NCBI RefSeq assembly: GCF_902652985.1
Contig: NC_047015.1
Location: 44,640,001-44,704,000 of the forward strand
Source of the DNA: Pecten maximus
Lineage: Eukaryota
Direction: 5' to 3'
Length of the DNA: 64,000 nt
Part shown: piece after piece, positions 27,654 through 40,811 of the stretch
Layout of the letters: every line of letters begins with the position of its first letter
How positions within the stretch are numbered: position 1 is the first letter of the stretch
Translations under genes and position numbers: made by a program
The notes under the pieces: model-generated
Told to the model about the DNA's origin: nothing
The model's database searches: none
What the model saw: the letters and a program-made list of their open reading frames with translations, nothing else

Positions 27654-28491
27654 TACGGAAGCGTATTAGGGCCACTATAAAAAAAACAAATTAAATCGTA
27701 CGTACGATTTACTAATTCGTACGTACGGATTACTAATTCGTACGTACGATTTAATAATTCCAGAAACATATATAGAGAAATTAGTAACATCGCTATTTAT
27801 TCGTGACCACTCAAGCATATCCCTTATCGAGAGCGTCTTGTCCCATATCAAACACACGCGAGCACAGGTAAATCGGGCTTAGCGCATGTGTGTATCGATG
27901 TACTGGAACTTATTCGACATGTTCTGGTTAATCCGCCGTTACGTCAGACCAAAACGTCGTCAATTTTCAATACACACAAAAAGCACATGGTTTTATTTAG
28001 GCCACTACAAAAGTTACTACATTATCCAAAAACTATCATACTTATGGGATATGGTCTTGTTTATTATGCACATTGTTGTCATTTTTCCGTATTTTCGAAA
28101 ACCCCATCTTCCCTGTGGTGTGCTTGACTTTCATACTCAAAATACGAACACTTTGACAGCAAATGTGATATATTCCATATTGATGACACTTCTGCACTTT
28201 GCTATTAATGCAATTAAAGCACATCATTGGATCTTGGTGATGATTTCAAATAGAAATTATCGATAACTATGTGTCTGGTTTTCAAGTTTTTTCCATTATG
28301 GCATTAGGAGAAGACTGAACAGAGCGACCGCAAAGGATTGTGGGAAGGTCAGGGGCCACCACGTAGACATAAGGGCAAATAGAGAGCTGCCAATCTCTCT
28401 ATATATGTCTCTGCTAATTCGTACGTACGAATTAGTAAATCGTACGTACGATTTAATATTTTTTTGATATTGGCCCTAATACGCTGCCGTA
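27654..28491. mobile_element. Non-autonomous IS3EU-like DNA transposon
   Basis: TACGGAAGCGTATTAGGGCCA / TGGCCCTAATACGCTGCCGTA termini, 6-bp TSD GGATAC, subterminal CGTACGTACG palindromes. Confidence 0.8.
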
Positions 28492-28615
28492 GGATACGGA
28501 CGGACTGTTAGCAAAATACCACCAACATGAACAACACTGAAATAAATATCAAATAATTAATACAAATTCCAATCGTTGGATTTTCTTGGATACCTCTCCC
28601 TCCTTCGTTCCTTAC

Positions 28616-28767
28616 CGTTGGCCCTGGTTTCATAAGAGTTTTAGGGGATTGTGTCTGACGGCGTGTTCCACCTCTGGGTCGGTCCCTCCCAGCGTAAACG
28701 TGTGATGAGACTTAGAACTACGACAACTTAGAGGCTCAGCACTGCCAGCCATCCATACACCAGCGCC
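28616..28767 (-). other. Putative 5'-UTR exon of TMEM26 (boundaries approximate)
   Basis: GC-richer segment bounded on the minus strand by a pyrimidine tract plus cag acceptor and a GTAAGG donor; a matching acceptor lies near 27293. Confidence 0.4.
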
Positions 28768-29534
28768 TGAGAGAAAAGAAGGAGTCACTTTACATTATCC
28801 CGGCCAAGCTTCACAACAAAGAACGACAGGCACTCTTCTCAAAATGTATACATATTTAAGTGGAGAGAATAATAACATTTTCATGTTTTCAGTATTTCGT
28901 TTAAATTATTCAGCAAAATATCTGCAGAGGAAACGAATTAAAACTCGTTTTGAATGAATATGTTCTTTAAAAACATGGATAACTCGTGTTTATATTATAA
29001 CACCAATTACAACGTTTAGTATGTGAGTAACATGGAGAGAATACTGCAATAAGTATGTGTTCTATAGTTTGGTTAACAATGCATTTATCTCCTCGACAGG
29101 TAAAACTCCGCCCCATATGTTATCAACACCTGAACTTCTAGCATTCCTCTAGTGAGATTTAAATGTTTCTTTATGTAAAATAAAGACGGTGCAAGGTCTA
29201 CTCGTAAATAAATTCGGCAAGACTGTGCATAACCCATTGGTGATAAAGAAAGCAATGATAGAAAAACCAATGTTTGAAAAGTGAGATGTACAACTCAACA
29301 CCCTTATGTGAAGTACAATGAACGTTTATAATGTAACGCTGTATAGACAAGATGGCCGCACTTATTTCTAGGTGGTTTTTATGACCATTTATCAAATTTG
29401 TATTGATAATTGTATGATAATACTGAAGCTGTGAGATGTTAGCTCGGCACAGCAGACTACGGTAATCCTGGTCTCCAATGGGAACGAGTAAGAACATAAC
29501 TGTTTCAGTTCTTGTTTCCAGAGGGACAAAGGAG

Positions 29535-30895
29535 AGTAAAATCTCTATATCAGTTCTGGTCTGCACAGGGACCGAGTATCACTAAAGTCTGTGTATTAGT
29601 TCTGGTCTCCGGAGTTACCGAGTGTGACTAAAATCTCTGTATTAGTTCTGGTCTCCGGAGTTACTGAGTATGACTAAAATCTCTGTATCAGTTCTGGTCT
29701 CCGGAGTTACTGAGTATGACTAAAATCTCTGTATTAGTTCTGGTCTGCACAGGGACCGAGTATCACTAAAATCTCTGTATTAGTTCTGGTCTGCACAGGG
29801 ACCGAATATCACTAAAATCTCTGTATTAGTTCTGGTCTCCGGAGTGACCGAGTATCACTAAAATCTCTATATTAGTTCTGGTCTCCGGAGTGACCGAGTA
29901 TCACTAAAATCTCTATATTAGTTCTGGTCTCCAGAGTGACCGAGTATGACTAAAATCTCTATATTAGTTCTGGTCTCTGGAGTTACTGAGTATCACTAAA
30001 ATCTCTGTGTTAGTTCTGGTCTCCGGAGTTACTGAGTATCACTAAAATCTCTGTGTTAGTTCTGGTCTCCGGAGTTACTGAGTATGACTAAAATCTCTGT
30101 ATTAGTTCTGGTCTCCGGAGTTACTGAGTATGACTAAAATCTCTGTATTAGTTCTGGTCTGCACAGGGACCGAGTATCACTAAAATCTCTGTATTAGTTC
30201 TGGTCTGCACAGGGACCGAGTATCACTAAAATCTCTGTATTAGTTCTGGTCTCCGGAGTTACTGAGTATCACTAAAATCTGTGTATTAGTTCTGGTCTCC
30301 GGAGTTACCGAGTGTGACTAAAATCTGTGTATTAGTTCTGGTCTGCACAGGGACCGAGTATCACTAAAATCTGTGTATTAGTTCTGGTCTCCGGAGTGAC
30401 CGAGTATGACTAAAATCTGTGTATTAGTTCTGGTCTCCGGAGTTACCGAGTGTGACTAAAATCTGTGTATTAGTTCTGGTCTGCACAGGGACCGAGTATC
30501 ACTAAAATCTGTGTATTAGTTCTGGTCTCCGGAGTTACCGAGTGTGACTAAAATCTGTGTATTAGTTCTGGTCTCCGGAGTGACTGAGTATGACTAAAAT
30601 CTGTGTATTAGTTCTGGTCTCCGGAGTTACCGAGTGTGACTAAAATCTGTGTATTAGTTCTGGTCTCCGGAGTGACTGAGTATGACTAAAATCTCTGTGT
30701 TAGTTCTGGTCTCCGGAGTTACTGAGTATGACTAAAATCTGTGTATTAGTTCTGGTCTCCGGAGTTACCGAGTGTGACTAAAATCTGTGTATTAGTTCTG
30801 GTCTCCGGAGTTACCGAGTATGACTAAAATCTGTGTATTAGTTCTGGTCTCCGGAGTTACTGAGTATGACTAAAATCTCTATATTAGTTCTATTC
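29535..30895. repeat. 46-bp minisatellite (GTATGACTAAAATCTCTGTATTAGTTCTGGTCTCCGGAGTTACTGA)
   Basis: Period 46 (29641 and 29687). Confidence 0.96.
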
Positions 30896-32290
30896 TCAAA
30901 AGGGACCAAAACAAAACGGGGAGCGTTTACGGATGTTCCTTGTAAATTGTACTCGGAAAGAAAAAAAATGTGGTTTGTTTTTAGGAAGAGTGCATGCAGA
31001 ATATGTATTATTAATGACTGACTTTTAGCAATAATAACGCTGGTTTGTCTACTCTTCATAGAGTCAAACAGCCAATAGATCGAAACCAGTCTAGATAAAT
31101 GTTGAAATAAGAATCAAAACACATGGTATACTCAATAAGTTTTTAATATTGAAACTAAGAAAAGGTGAATACATGTATATTGGTGGCACCAGTAACAGGG
31201 ATTCCGACATGGCATGCAATGTTTCCACAAACCTTAAGCGTACGATTCTCAAGTTACCGACGAAGGTATCTGACCGTACAACAGAAACACCATGCATTAA
31301 CAGTACGTAATATGTAGGGTCTCTTTCACATACATGTACAGTACATACAGTAGTAGATTGTAAGAATTATTCACCGTAATCTTAACCGTATCTTACTTAA
31401 ACTCTACTCAATTAAAGGGGATATAAATATAAATGTAGACAGTCTTGAATACTGTTTCATTTTGATATTGTTGAGTTAAAATGTGAAAGAGCCCAAATTT
31501 GATTTTTGTCCGGGGAATGATGTAACTTGTGATATATTTGGATTTTTATTTGTTTTGTTTTCTTAAGCTCTCCAGCGATTTTCTCATCACGAAACGAACC
31601 CCCCCCCCCCCCCCCCCTCAAAAAAAGCACTGAAAAGGCACTGAATAAGCTATATAACTCGTTAACATAATACTGGAGTTAAAAATCACTCAACGGTACG
31701 CCTTCCTATTTCCTGTCCATTGATACAACAGGGATGCTTTCAATTGCTTTGAATATGTCGATGATAACGTGTCAAGTCACAAGAGATTTTTAAATATTCC
31801 GATCAAAATACGTAAATGTAAAGTTTATTCATTTTACATTATATGCAATATAGTTATATCTACTTATAATAATCTCGCTTGTTGGCCCCAAAAAAGCGCG
31901 AGTTGTTGGAGGTCGTCGGAGAACCTGGAGAAAACCAAAATGGTTGGACAGATGACCCCTAACTTTTTCGCGTCTGATCGGTGAATTAAACCCCTGCAGC
32001 CGACCACCCATAATACGTAACTCCTGCATCTAACGTACAGAAAAGCGTAGTCTACCCAATTAAATACTTACAGAATTGTTATTTTATATGGCTTTATTTT
32101 TTCACTATTTTCGAAAAAACATATAAAATGAATTGAAAGTAATTACCACAAACAAAATAACAATCTATTTCACAAAAAAAGTATACATTTTTGTTTGATC
32201 AATCTGTTAATATTTGAAATATCGAAAAGCAGTATTTAAGTAAATAGCGAAATCGAACATCTACATCTTCTAACATTTATTATATATATA

Positions 32291-32513
32291 CTGTATAGTT
32301 GTTCAATTTCACGGGACATATATTTCCCGGTTGTCTCAGTCAGACCTATTTCATGGGTAGTAAATATCTCATAATCATGCCTTATATGCATTGAACACTT
32401 ATTTACCTTTGTTTGTATATATGAATATTAGCTGGGTGTTTATTTTCGCGCTATATCAAATGACCGCGAACACAGCGAAACTTAAATCCCCGAGAATATT
32501 ACCAATCATACAG
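32291..32513. mobile_element. Degenerate TA-flanked MITE (CTGTAT...ATACAG)
   Basis: TA|CTGTATAGTTG...CAATCATACAG|TA ends with internal CGCGAA-type motifs. Confidence 0.55.
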
Positions 32514-33910
32514 TATACGAAGACAACAACAGTTGTTGATAATTCATATATATTTGTTAAGGGTTTCGTAGACTATAACATTGACTATATACTGTCAAGC
32601 AATCATAAATACCTAAAATGTTTTAAAAATTACATAGGTACAGTCGAGAACGCAAACCAGTCAATGGACTGTACAAAGATATCGGGTTTGTTTGTCGAGC
32701 TTAAGCAACTTACCGGAATAGATACTAAAAAACTGCTCTAAACAACATAATCTTAATGTTTTTCGTTTGTGTTCACAGAATTGAATGCGGTATTCAAATC
32801 GGGACCTTGTTTTGGATCAGCGAGCTCGAAAAAGATCGAGAATTTCGTGTTGAACTGGCACGGCTGCTTTTACAGCTACATGAGATGACGACTCATACCT
32901 GTTCTTGCTACATACAATAGAGTATCATATCGCTTCAGTTTTAGTAGTACTGAACATCTGATGTATGACCTAGGTTCATTTAAATGCCTTTGAAGACCAG
33001 AGAAACTAGACAGTGAAAAGGCTTACTTTTAATATGTTATTTATTGCGTTTCAGCGCCTAGCTAAGACTGAAACCAGTCACTTCTGTTTTTGAAGTCATT
33101 ATACACTATATATAATGTTTGTATGAGTACTTTGTACCCTTTTTAAAATTAGCTTATGGATATTCATGTTTGAACCAGAACTAGGCCAAATAAGCAACAT
33201 TATCGCTGATAAAGCATTTGTATACATATTTAAGTGATAAAGGCCTATATATAATTTTTTCACTTACCTTTTCTTTTGTGTTTTTCAGTGAAGAATAAAG
33301 GCAAGAAAAAAATCAGCTGTTTGTGGCCACCAAAACTATTACTAGTCCCTACAATGGTACAGGTGTAACGGTAATACCTTACTCGTGTTCAAAACTCATT
33401 TACTCAGACCAAGCTATTCTGAAATGTTGTTACCCGTTGTCCTTATTATACTGCTATGTATTTGACGTATAGGGTGTCAGGAAAACTGGGCACAAGAAAC
33501 AAATAATAACATCACCAAATAGTATTCCTAACCTTAATATCAGCATCTCAGGCTCCCTTTTCCCTGCCTTAAGGATAGTATATGGGTCCACTCTGTTTAC
33601 ATTGAACAACTGCCCTTCTCGCATCCCACCTTGTCATTAATGCGTTTGTAATTATAAATACAAACAAAAACAAGGTTATCACAAACTGTACTTAGTCTGA
33701 CCTAGCCCTTTAGGGTCATTCTTTCGAACAGAGTATTATAATCCTTATTTACTGCAATAATTACAGAGTAATTTATTGTAGAGAATATGAAATAAAAATA
33801 ATTTCAGATAATTTTGCAGTAAAACCTGTCAAACATCAGTTTTATGCACTCTTCGTGTGGGGTGACGTGTTTTTGACACTGAATAGGGAGATTCCCTTAA
33901 GGCTAGATTC

Positions 33911-33978
33911 TGTTGAGGAGAACAAACAGCAGAGGTTAACTTTCGATGTTTATTTCACGGTGGTCAAGCTTCAAGTGA
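33911..33978 (-). mobile_element. Partial LTR (terminal 68 bp) identical to 36599-36666
   Basis: Exact repeat TGTTGAGGAGAACAAACAGCAGAGG...CAAGCTTCAAGTGA. Confidence 0.85.
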
Positions 33979-34964
33979 TATACAATTTGATACAATTTCA
34001 CATATAATTTAATATTAGACATGCCAAATGTTGAGAATAAAATGTTTACATCTGTTCGAAAGATTGTACAGAGTTTGAACTATAATTTAAACTTCTAATT
34101 ATTTCAATATACAATTATTCAGTTATAATCACAACTACCAAAACATGTACATAAAATCTAAATAACCATTTAGTGTAAATACACATACATTTGTACTTCA
34201 GATTACAAATAATACAATATCTGATATTCCTGCAACCACAGAATATAAACACAAAACAAAGTGATTAAAAATAAAATAAAATCTAGTTCCAAAACATTTA
34301 CTTTAGAATATACTATTTAATATTCCTACTACCCAATCCCTTAAAATAACTGATTACTAATAGATTCAGTAATATATATATTTTACACTAGTAACTAGAC
34401 TGTGACCCGACTTGTTTGACAGCTAGCACGTGTTACTGTTTACAGTTATAATCACTTCCGGTTTATGACAGGGAGTGATGAGAGGGGCGTGGCCTATTTC
34501 CGCCTAACCTTATGAACACCTGAATTATTCTAGTTAGATAAATCAAAGTTATGCGGAACTGCAAATTAATAAAACAAGAATGGAACAACACTAAACTATT
34601 CACACAAGAAAAATATACAATCATATACTGAAGTTAATACTTCCTCACAATACAGTCTGTCTGCTATACTAGTCCTAAATACCAAACAATGTCTGACAAT
34701 TTACGCGCGTCTGACAAAACTCGATAATTTACAATATCTAAACGCATATCCGATCTATAGCGTTCTTCTACAATATTTGAGTAACTGAATGACTTACAAT
34801 TCATGATCTAGTCTCGATTGAGCTTAAATCATCGTTATCTTATCAGAATTGAGGTAACTTGACAGGAGAAGTTGAGTGTGTATTTTAGACAACTTTACAG
34901 GAAACACAAGGGAGATAACTCGTATTTAAATATTTAACTTTGTCTGATAATTCACAATATAATA

Positions 34965-36226
34965 CAGTCAAACTTGTAATAGCGGACACCCTTATATAGC
35001 GGACACCTGTCCATAACGGACATTTCCAGGAATCCCCAATGAAAATCACTATATAAATATCATGTATATAGCGGACACCTTCCTAATGCGGACAGCGGAC
35101 ACTTAGTTTTGTCCGTAAAGTTGTTAAAAAATCTGTATAACGGACACGTGAAACCATAGCCGTGTTGATATTTGTGTGTAAAACGTTTCTAAATAACAAG
35201 CAAAGCCTTAATTACTCAACTCCCCTGGCAGCAATGCTAACTTAGGAAGCCACTTCATCAGTCACTAATTGTCCTGTTACCTGTAAGTTGCTGTAACAAT
35301 GGGCAGTAATTACAAGAGAGTGACCGATCGCCATCGGCAGAGGTGTTTGTTTACTCAACCCCACCGGTGACAGCGAAGCTTATAGCCATTCAACCATAGC
35401 CTAGACAACAAGAATGGTCAGGGGGTAATTAAATCATTATCAAGACCAACAAAAGAGGGACAAAGCAATAGTGATGTCTGTCATAATTGTTTTACTTACA
35501 AAATCAACCGTATGCAAATCTGACAAGGCAGGCACATGGTTGTCAGCCGCCATTTTCTCACACTCGGAACTCCTCTGAATATGACTACGTAACATATTAA
35601 GAACAGCTGAAGAGTTCCGAGTGTCTTTGTATACACTATACTGTCTAATTGACTGAACCAGAAAACGGTATTTATTAAATTAAATCCCTACATGGATTTC
35701 AGAAAATATGTCTCAAAATAAATGCTTAGGGATTATAATCATCAGAGGAAAATGCACTTTCATTTATAAAGAGTTAATGTTGTAATAGAAAAGATATTTC
35801 AAACATATTTATTTTCCAAAATATTGAGGATTAACAAAAATAGTTTTACACTGATAAGAATTACCTTTACACTTTTGACTATGTTGAGTATTTGTCTGAA
35901 TAGATATTCAGTATAGTATGATATTGTGAAGATTTGTTTTGAAACTATAGGCTTAATATAAATTATTAGAAATATCAACTTCAATTTTTGTGTCAGATGA
36001 ATGATTGAAAATTAAGCATTTATCTTTAATTTTTTGTCTTTTATTCATTTGTTTAAGTGTTTAAATATAATAAATCAGGAGACATATAGTGTACTATAAA
36101 CAGACTTTAGTTTGTTTCTTCGTTTATAAGGGACATAACTCGTTGAACCTCTATATAAAGGACACCTCTCTATAAAGGACACTTTTGTCTTGTCCCTTAG
36201 GTGTCCTTTATAGACAGGTTCGACTG
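34965..36226. mobile_element. Tc1/pogo-type non-autonomous element, TA TSD
   Basis: TA|CAGTCAAACTTGT...ACAGGTTCGACTG|TA; subterminal GGACAC repeats at both ends. Confidence 0.8.
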
Positions 36227-36598
36227 TAATTCCCTTTTAATTTACCAATAATATCTGAAGGTTATGAACAATGACTTTTAATGTAACACTTTGGAAGAAT
36301 AATATTAACCAATTCATTATTAGGCATTTTATCACTAAAATTATATACTGTACTCAAAATGTAACATATTCCTATAGATTAAGGTTTACAATTAATTTAC
36401 TATTGAAAATCTATTTACAACAGTTCAATTTCTCAAAAATACTCAAATAGAAATACAAAGAAAATGTCATAAACCTTGCAAATAAAGTTTCAATAAGGGC
36501 TTGTAATAATTAGTGAATATACATGGACATTGCATACTGAATAAAGAACTTTAAACATTTTAGAACTTTTTAAAGTGACTTAATGAAATTGTCTTACC

Positions 36599-36788
36599 TG
36601 TTGAGGAGAACAAACAGCAGAGGTTAACTTTCGATGTTTATTTCACGGTGGTCAAGCTTCAAGTGACTTGACCCACGCTAACCTCGCTGTCCGTCGCTCC
36701 CAGGGGTCGAAACGCGCATGCTTAGCGTACCTAACACCTTAAAATACAAGTTTGCAATTAGGGGTGGTGAGCCCCGGGGTTGTCAACA
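36599..36788 (-). mobile_element. 190-bp LTR downstream of the env ORF
   Basis: TGTTGA...TCAACA inverted ends; minus-strand purine-rich PPT ATAGGGGTTAAGG abuts 36788; AATAAA on the minus strand inside. Confidence 0.8.
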
Positions 36789-37449
36789 CCTTAACCCCTA
36801 TTGTGTCTCACTGTGGCCTAATTGACTGCCTAATGGATGTTTTGTTACCAAACATCGGCTACAGATTTGTTTGTAACCAAATTTGTACGTAACCGAATTA
36901 ACATCTAAAAATAGGTATACATCAATTGAGGTCATTGTTAGAGAATTAAGAATCTTATCTTTTTATTTACATTGTACCTATCTGGAATGCTATTCAAGTG
37001 TCTACATGTATATTATTACTACAAAATCAAATTTAAGTAAACTTTATCAGAAATAAGAATATTTCTGTGAAATATTGAAAATGAAAAACATTGATATTTA
37101 CAAAATAAATTCTCAATTATGTAGTTTTACATAATTGTACCATTTTCAAACTCAGTGCCATTTCTGGCATAACAACTCTCCCTTAGCCACAAAAGCTTTG
37201 GTCCCTCCAAAGCTAAACAAAAATGTGTTTTAGTTGAATATAGGACAGGAGGTTGGTATTAGTTATAAAAATGAATAAACATATATACACAGGTACAAAG
37301 TGAAAATAATAAAAGTAAAAAACAACATGACAAAGTGATATACATATCAAACAGGCATACCCTGTATGCAAAGTTTTCTATGTGTACAATAAAGTATGTT
37401 TGAGTACCACATTCAGATCAGTTGTATATTGGCAGCAAATTGAACTGTC

Positions 37450-39069
37450 CTAAGTATTTAAATTAGGGTAAAGATCATTTGAATATTTAAAAGTGCTGGC
37501 AGGTGTGTTTGAGTGATCAGAGCCTCCAACTACATCTGGTGTAAGAGGTTGATAAATGCCTTGATGAGAAATTAGAATATGAACACAAAATGGCTGCTGC
37601 AGTAATTTTTTGACTGCAAAATATTGCCAAAGATGAATATTCAAACTATTTTGAACTGAAATGCTTTGTTTAGTTAATTGATTGGTAATATTGAAACCTG
37701 GCCAGTCTACTCTAAGTTTACATGATGGAAAAGGATCCAGACTGATATCAGAGATATCATGGGGGTGTTTTATATCCCAATAGGATGGACACAAAGGCAG
37801 GTGCATAATAGGAATTAATTGACAGTCTGAACTGTTGGTAATTTCTAAAAACAAAATAGTACCTTTCTTCTTTCTTTTGCAAATAAGAACCAAAATAGCA
37901 AGGACAAGGACTAGTATAATAACATTTAGGAACACTGATGCATGAATCCATGTAAATTGTTGAAAAATTTCTACAGAAATAGGAAACTCTGACTCGGTAA
38001 GTGCTGTGGTTGGATTTGCATAATCAAATGTTGGTGGTGTCATGGATTTAACTTGACTAACTTGTTGTAACACTAATAGTGAAGTAGATAAGTTCCTAAG
38101 TTTAAAAAGTATAAATACAACTGCGATCAATGACAATGACGCAATGCTAATTGCAACTAATGTAAGAATAGTGCGTTTATCTATCCATGACTGATCGATA
38201 TCTATTTGTCCATCTAATAAAGGCTCTGCTAAAGTTTCAAAAATCATCTGGTCTTTCTTAGTGGCCTCTGCCATCTTTCTCAGACTTAAATGAGATTTTT
38301 CATCTGCAGCTAGAAATTTTGAAAATGAATGGTTGTATAATTTAAAGTTTTGTATATTGATAGGAGTAGGTGAACTAAATGTGCTGTCAGCTGAGATAGC
38401 AGTTATTTGTGATGCATTGAAAAATTCTTGTAGTAAAGCTAGATTGACTGGATATAATGGAGTTATCTGCTCTTTTGTGTTGTTGATACAATGGATTAAT
38501 CTAGGAGCATAATACCAAACTTGAGAAGACAAGGTACACATACAAGGGATTGTATGGATACAAAATGAGCACCCTGGTATGATGTACTGGTTAGCTGGAC
38601 AGTTCACAGAAACCTTTGGTGTATTGTACACAAGAACAGAAGATGGTGATATTTCCAGTACAGTTGGTTTTAGTAAAGATTTGCGAAAGCGGAAGTTACA
38701 GTGTTTGTGAATCTGAGTTTTGTCATCTACAAACAAAGCCCAAATGCATGAGGACACTGTAGCAGGTGTTAATGGTATATTAAAGTCACACAGGTATGAT
38801 TCACTACGGTCACAAGTCATAAGCTGACGACTAGTCAGAGAAGTGTAAAACTGCTTATGATATGTAACAGCAAAGTAATCGGGTAAATCCATCAACTGTG
38901 TGGCATGCTGGGTAGTGTTATTAACAGGTACAGGGAGAGAGTGAATGCGATACAGGGTTAGAGAGTTTGCACGAGATGCAATAGGAAATCTTACAGTAAG
39001 ATAAAGAGTAGAGTCATTTCTAGTATAGAAGAATTCAGCTTTCTTATACATCTCAGCAGGACTTGACAT
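37450..39069 (-). CDS. env: 5'-truncated envelope/fusion glycoprotein (baculovirus-F/errantivirus env-like) of an LTR retroelement
   Basis: Intronless 539-aa ORF; F-type pattern (LTVRFPI..LYRIHSLPVP..YFAV..C......YLC..SSC..LF..C.F), Cys-rich, N-glycosylation sequons, two TM segments; followed by PPT and LTR; frame closes ~14 codons upstream of the ATG with no signal or fusion peptide. Confidence 0.75.
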   Translation of the reverse strand: MSSPAEMYKKAEFFYTRNDSTLYLTVRFPIASRANSLTLYRIHSLPVPVNNTTQHATQLMDLPDYFAVTYHKQFYTSLTSRQLMTCDRSESYLCDFNIPLTPATVSSCIWALFVDDKTQIHKHCNFRFRKSLLKPTVLEISPSSVLVYNTPKVSVNCPANQYIIPGCSFCIHTIPCMCTLSSQVWYYAPRLIHCINNTKEQITPLYPVNLALLQEFFNASQITAISADSTFSSPTPINIQNFKLYNHSFSKFLAADEKSHLSLRKMAEATKKDQMIFETLAEPLLDGQIDIDQSWIDKRTILTLVAISIASLSLIAVVFILFKLRNLSTSLLVLQQVSQVKSMTPPTFDYANPTTALTESEFPISVEIFQQFTWIHASVFLNVIILVLVLAILVLICKRKKKGTILFLEITNSSDCQLIPIMHLPLCPSYWDIKHPHDISDISLDPFPSCKLRVDWPGFNITNQLTKQSISVQNSLNIHLWQYFAVKKLLQQPFCVHILISHQGIYQPLTPDVVGGSDHSNTPASTFKYSNDLYPNLNT

Positions 39070-39465
39070 AATCAGATGAAATCCAGAATACTTCTTTGAT
39101 AATATATCCTATCTATTAAGTAACAGGGAAGTGTCACCGTGCTAAGAGAAAAAATAAAACAGCACACCAGATCAATATACATACATCAGATACTTTTATT
39201 TTTCATTCACTTTTTATACATTTCATTAATTAAAAAGTTACCATTGAATGTGTCTGAGGTGTCTGTTTGTATACCGTAGGGCTCCTCATCCAGTATCATC
39301 TCACATTATTATGTCATCAGATGGTGGCTGACAATATCGTTCCGACTGGGTTGGGTTTTAATTTAGTCGTTTCTCTTACCAAAAGTGTAAATATCGTACG
39401 GGCTAATTAAGCGTGTTTTTTGTTAATATGCGAGGTACTGGTTTATCGCCTCTATAGATAAGTAG

Positions 39466-40002
39466 TGTAACGGGAGCTTGAGATGACATATCCCGACTAT
39501 AGCTTCTGTTATCTCCCGACTTCTAGATGATCGTATAGTAGTTTGACGAGTATAAAAGACCAGAAGAGTTGTATAAGGTTCGCTAGCTCTAACAGAGAAA
39601 TTTATTTACATTATGATATTTACAAACACTAGGTTTGTCTGGTAATCAGATCTGTACAATGACACAGTAAATATGCTGGACTCTAAATATAAACTACTTA
39701 ATTAAAGACTACCCCCATTCCGAAATATAACATAACCCTACTATAAATTGCCGGATCAACCGGGACTCTTAATTTTACCCAAAACAGAGTAACCAAGTTC
39801 TGAACGCTCTCGGCTTTTTATATTCCCAACTCCCCATATGCACGTGCAGACATTCCCAACCAATGGACTACGTCCAAAAGAGGGCGTTGCCTGCACACTT
39901 ACAATTAGCGCCAAATTAGCATACGTAAACAAAAGCAGTGGCTCTCCCCAATTTCGCTAGTATAAAGCTAACTAAACCTACACAAATCTGATTCCTATCA
40001 CA
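39466..40002 (-). mobile_element. Possible solo LTR (~537 bp)
   Basis: TGTAACGGGA...TCCTATCACA ends, flanks GTAG/TTAG (one mismatch), minus-strand TATAAAA near 39820 and AATAAA near 39605. Confidence 0.4.
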
Positions 40003-40811
40003 TTAGTATAACATTAAAGGGTAAAGGATATCCATGAGATGGATTTAAAACTATTTGTAAATTTTTGTTTGTTGTTTTTTGTTTTGTTTTTTTTTTTTTT
40101 TTTTTTTTTTTTTTCGTTTTTGTTGTTTTTTGCAATTCATGCAAGAAAATTTCGATATGATAAAAATGATATGATGTGATAAAAACGACCCTGTATCTGT
40201 ACATATTGTGAGGATGTGAATGCAATACTACTATGTAAAATTACAAGGTATTACTGACGAGATCTATTAATTACATAAATATATCTCACATATTTATTTC
40301 TATTAACTGTAAAATTCAAATAAAAAGGAAACATGTTTTGTTTATTATATCTAAACTATTAAATCATTTCGTGTTTTAGTAAGTTGATCTGAGACAGTAT
40401 AACATAAACTAAGTAATCTTGTCTTTTTTTAATTCCTTTTCCGATCCACACAATCTGGCCACTTGGATCTGTAACAACGTATTCAATGGGTCGGATCCTC
40501 TATAACTTTACAACAGGAATAGATCTTCGCAAGTGGAATTTGAGAGCGCCTATTACAAATATAAACTAACAACATGTAGCATTATTTATTTCATTTCTCC
40601 ATTTTAAAGCCTTTATAGAGAGTTTACATCTTTTCGTCCGAAAATGAAATGTCCTTACCCACTGGTAACATTTAGTATACATACTTTTTCAAATGGTCTA
40701 TAACCATTTTGTTGCACGATAGTCCGGTCTCAACCGTTCCTTAAGCTATTAGTTATATTTCATTTAAATAGATAAATAAATAAATGCTCGCACATAAGGC
40801 ATACGCGCACT

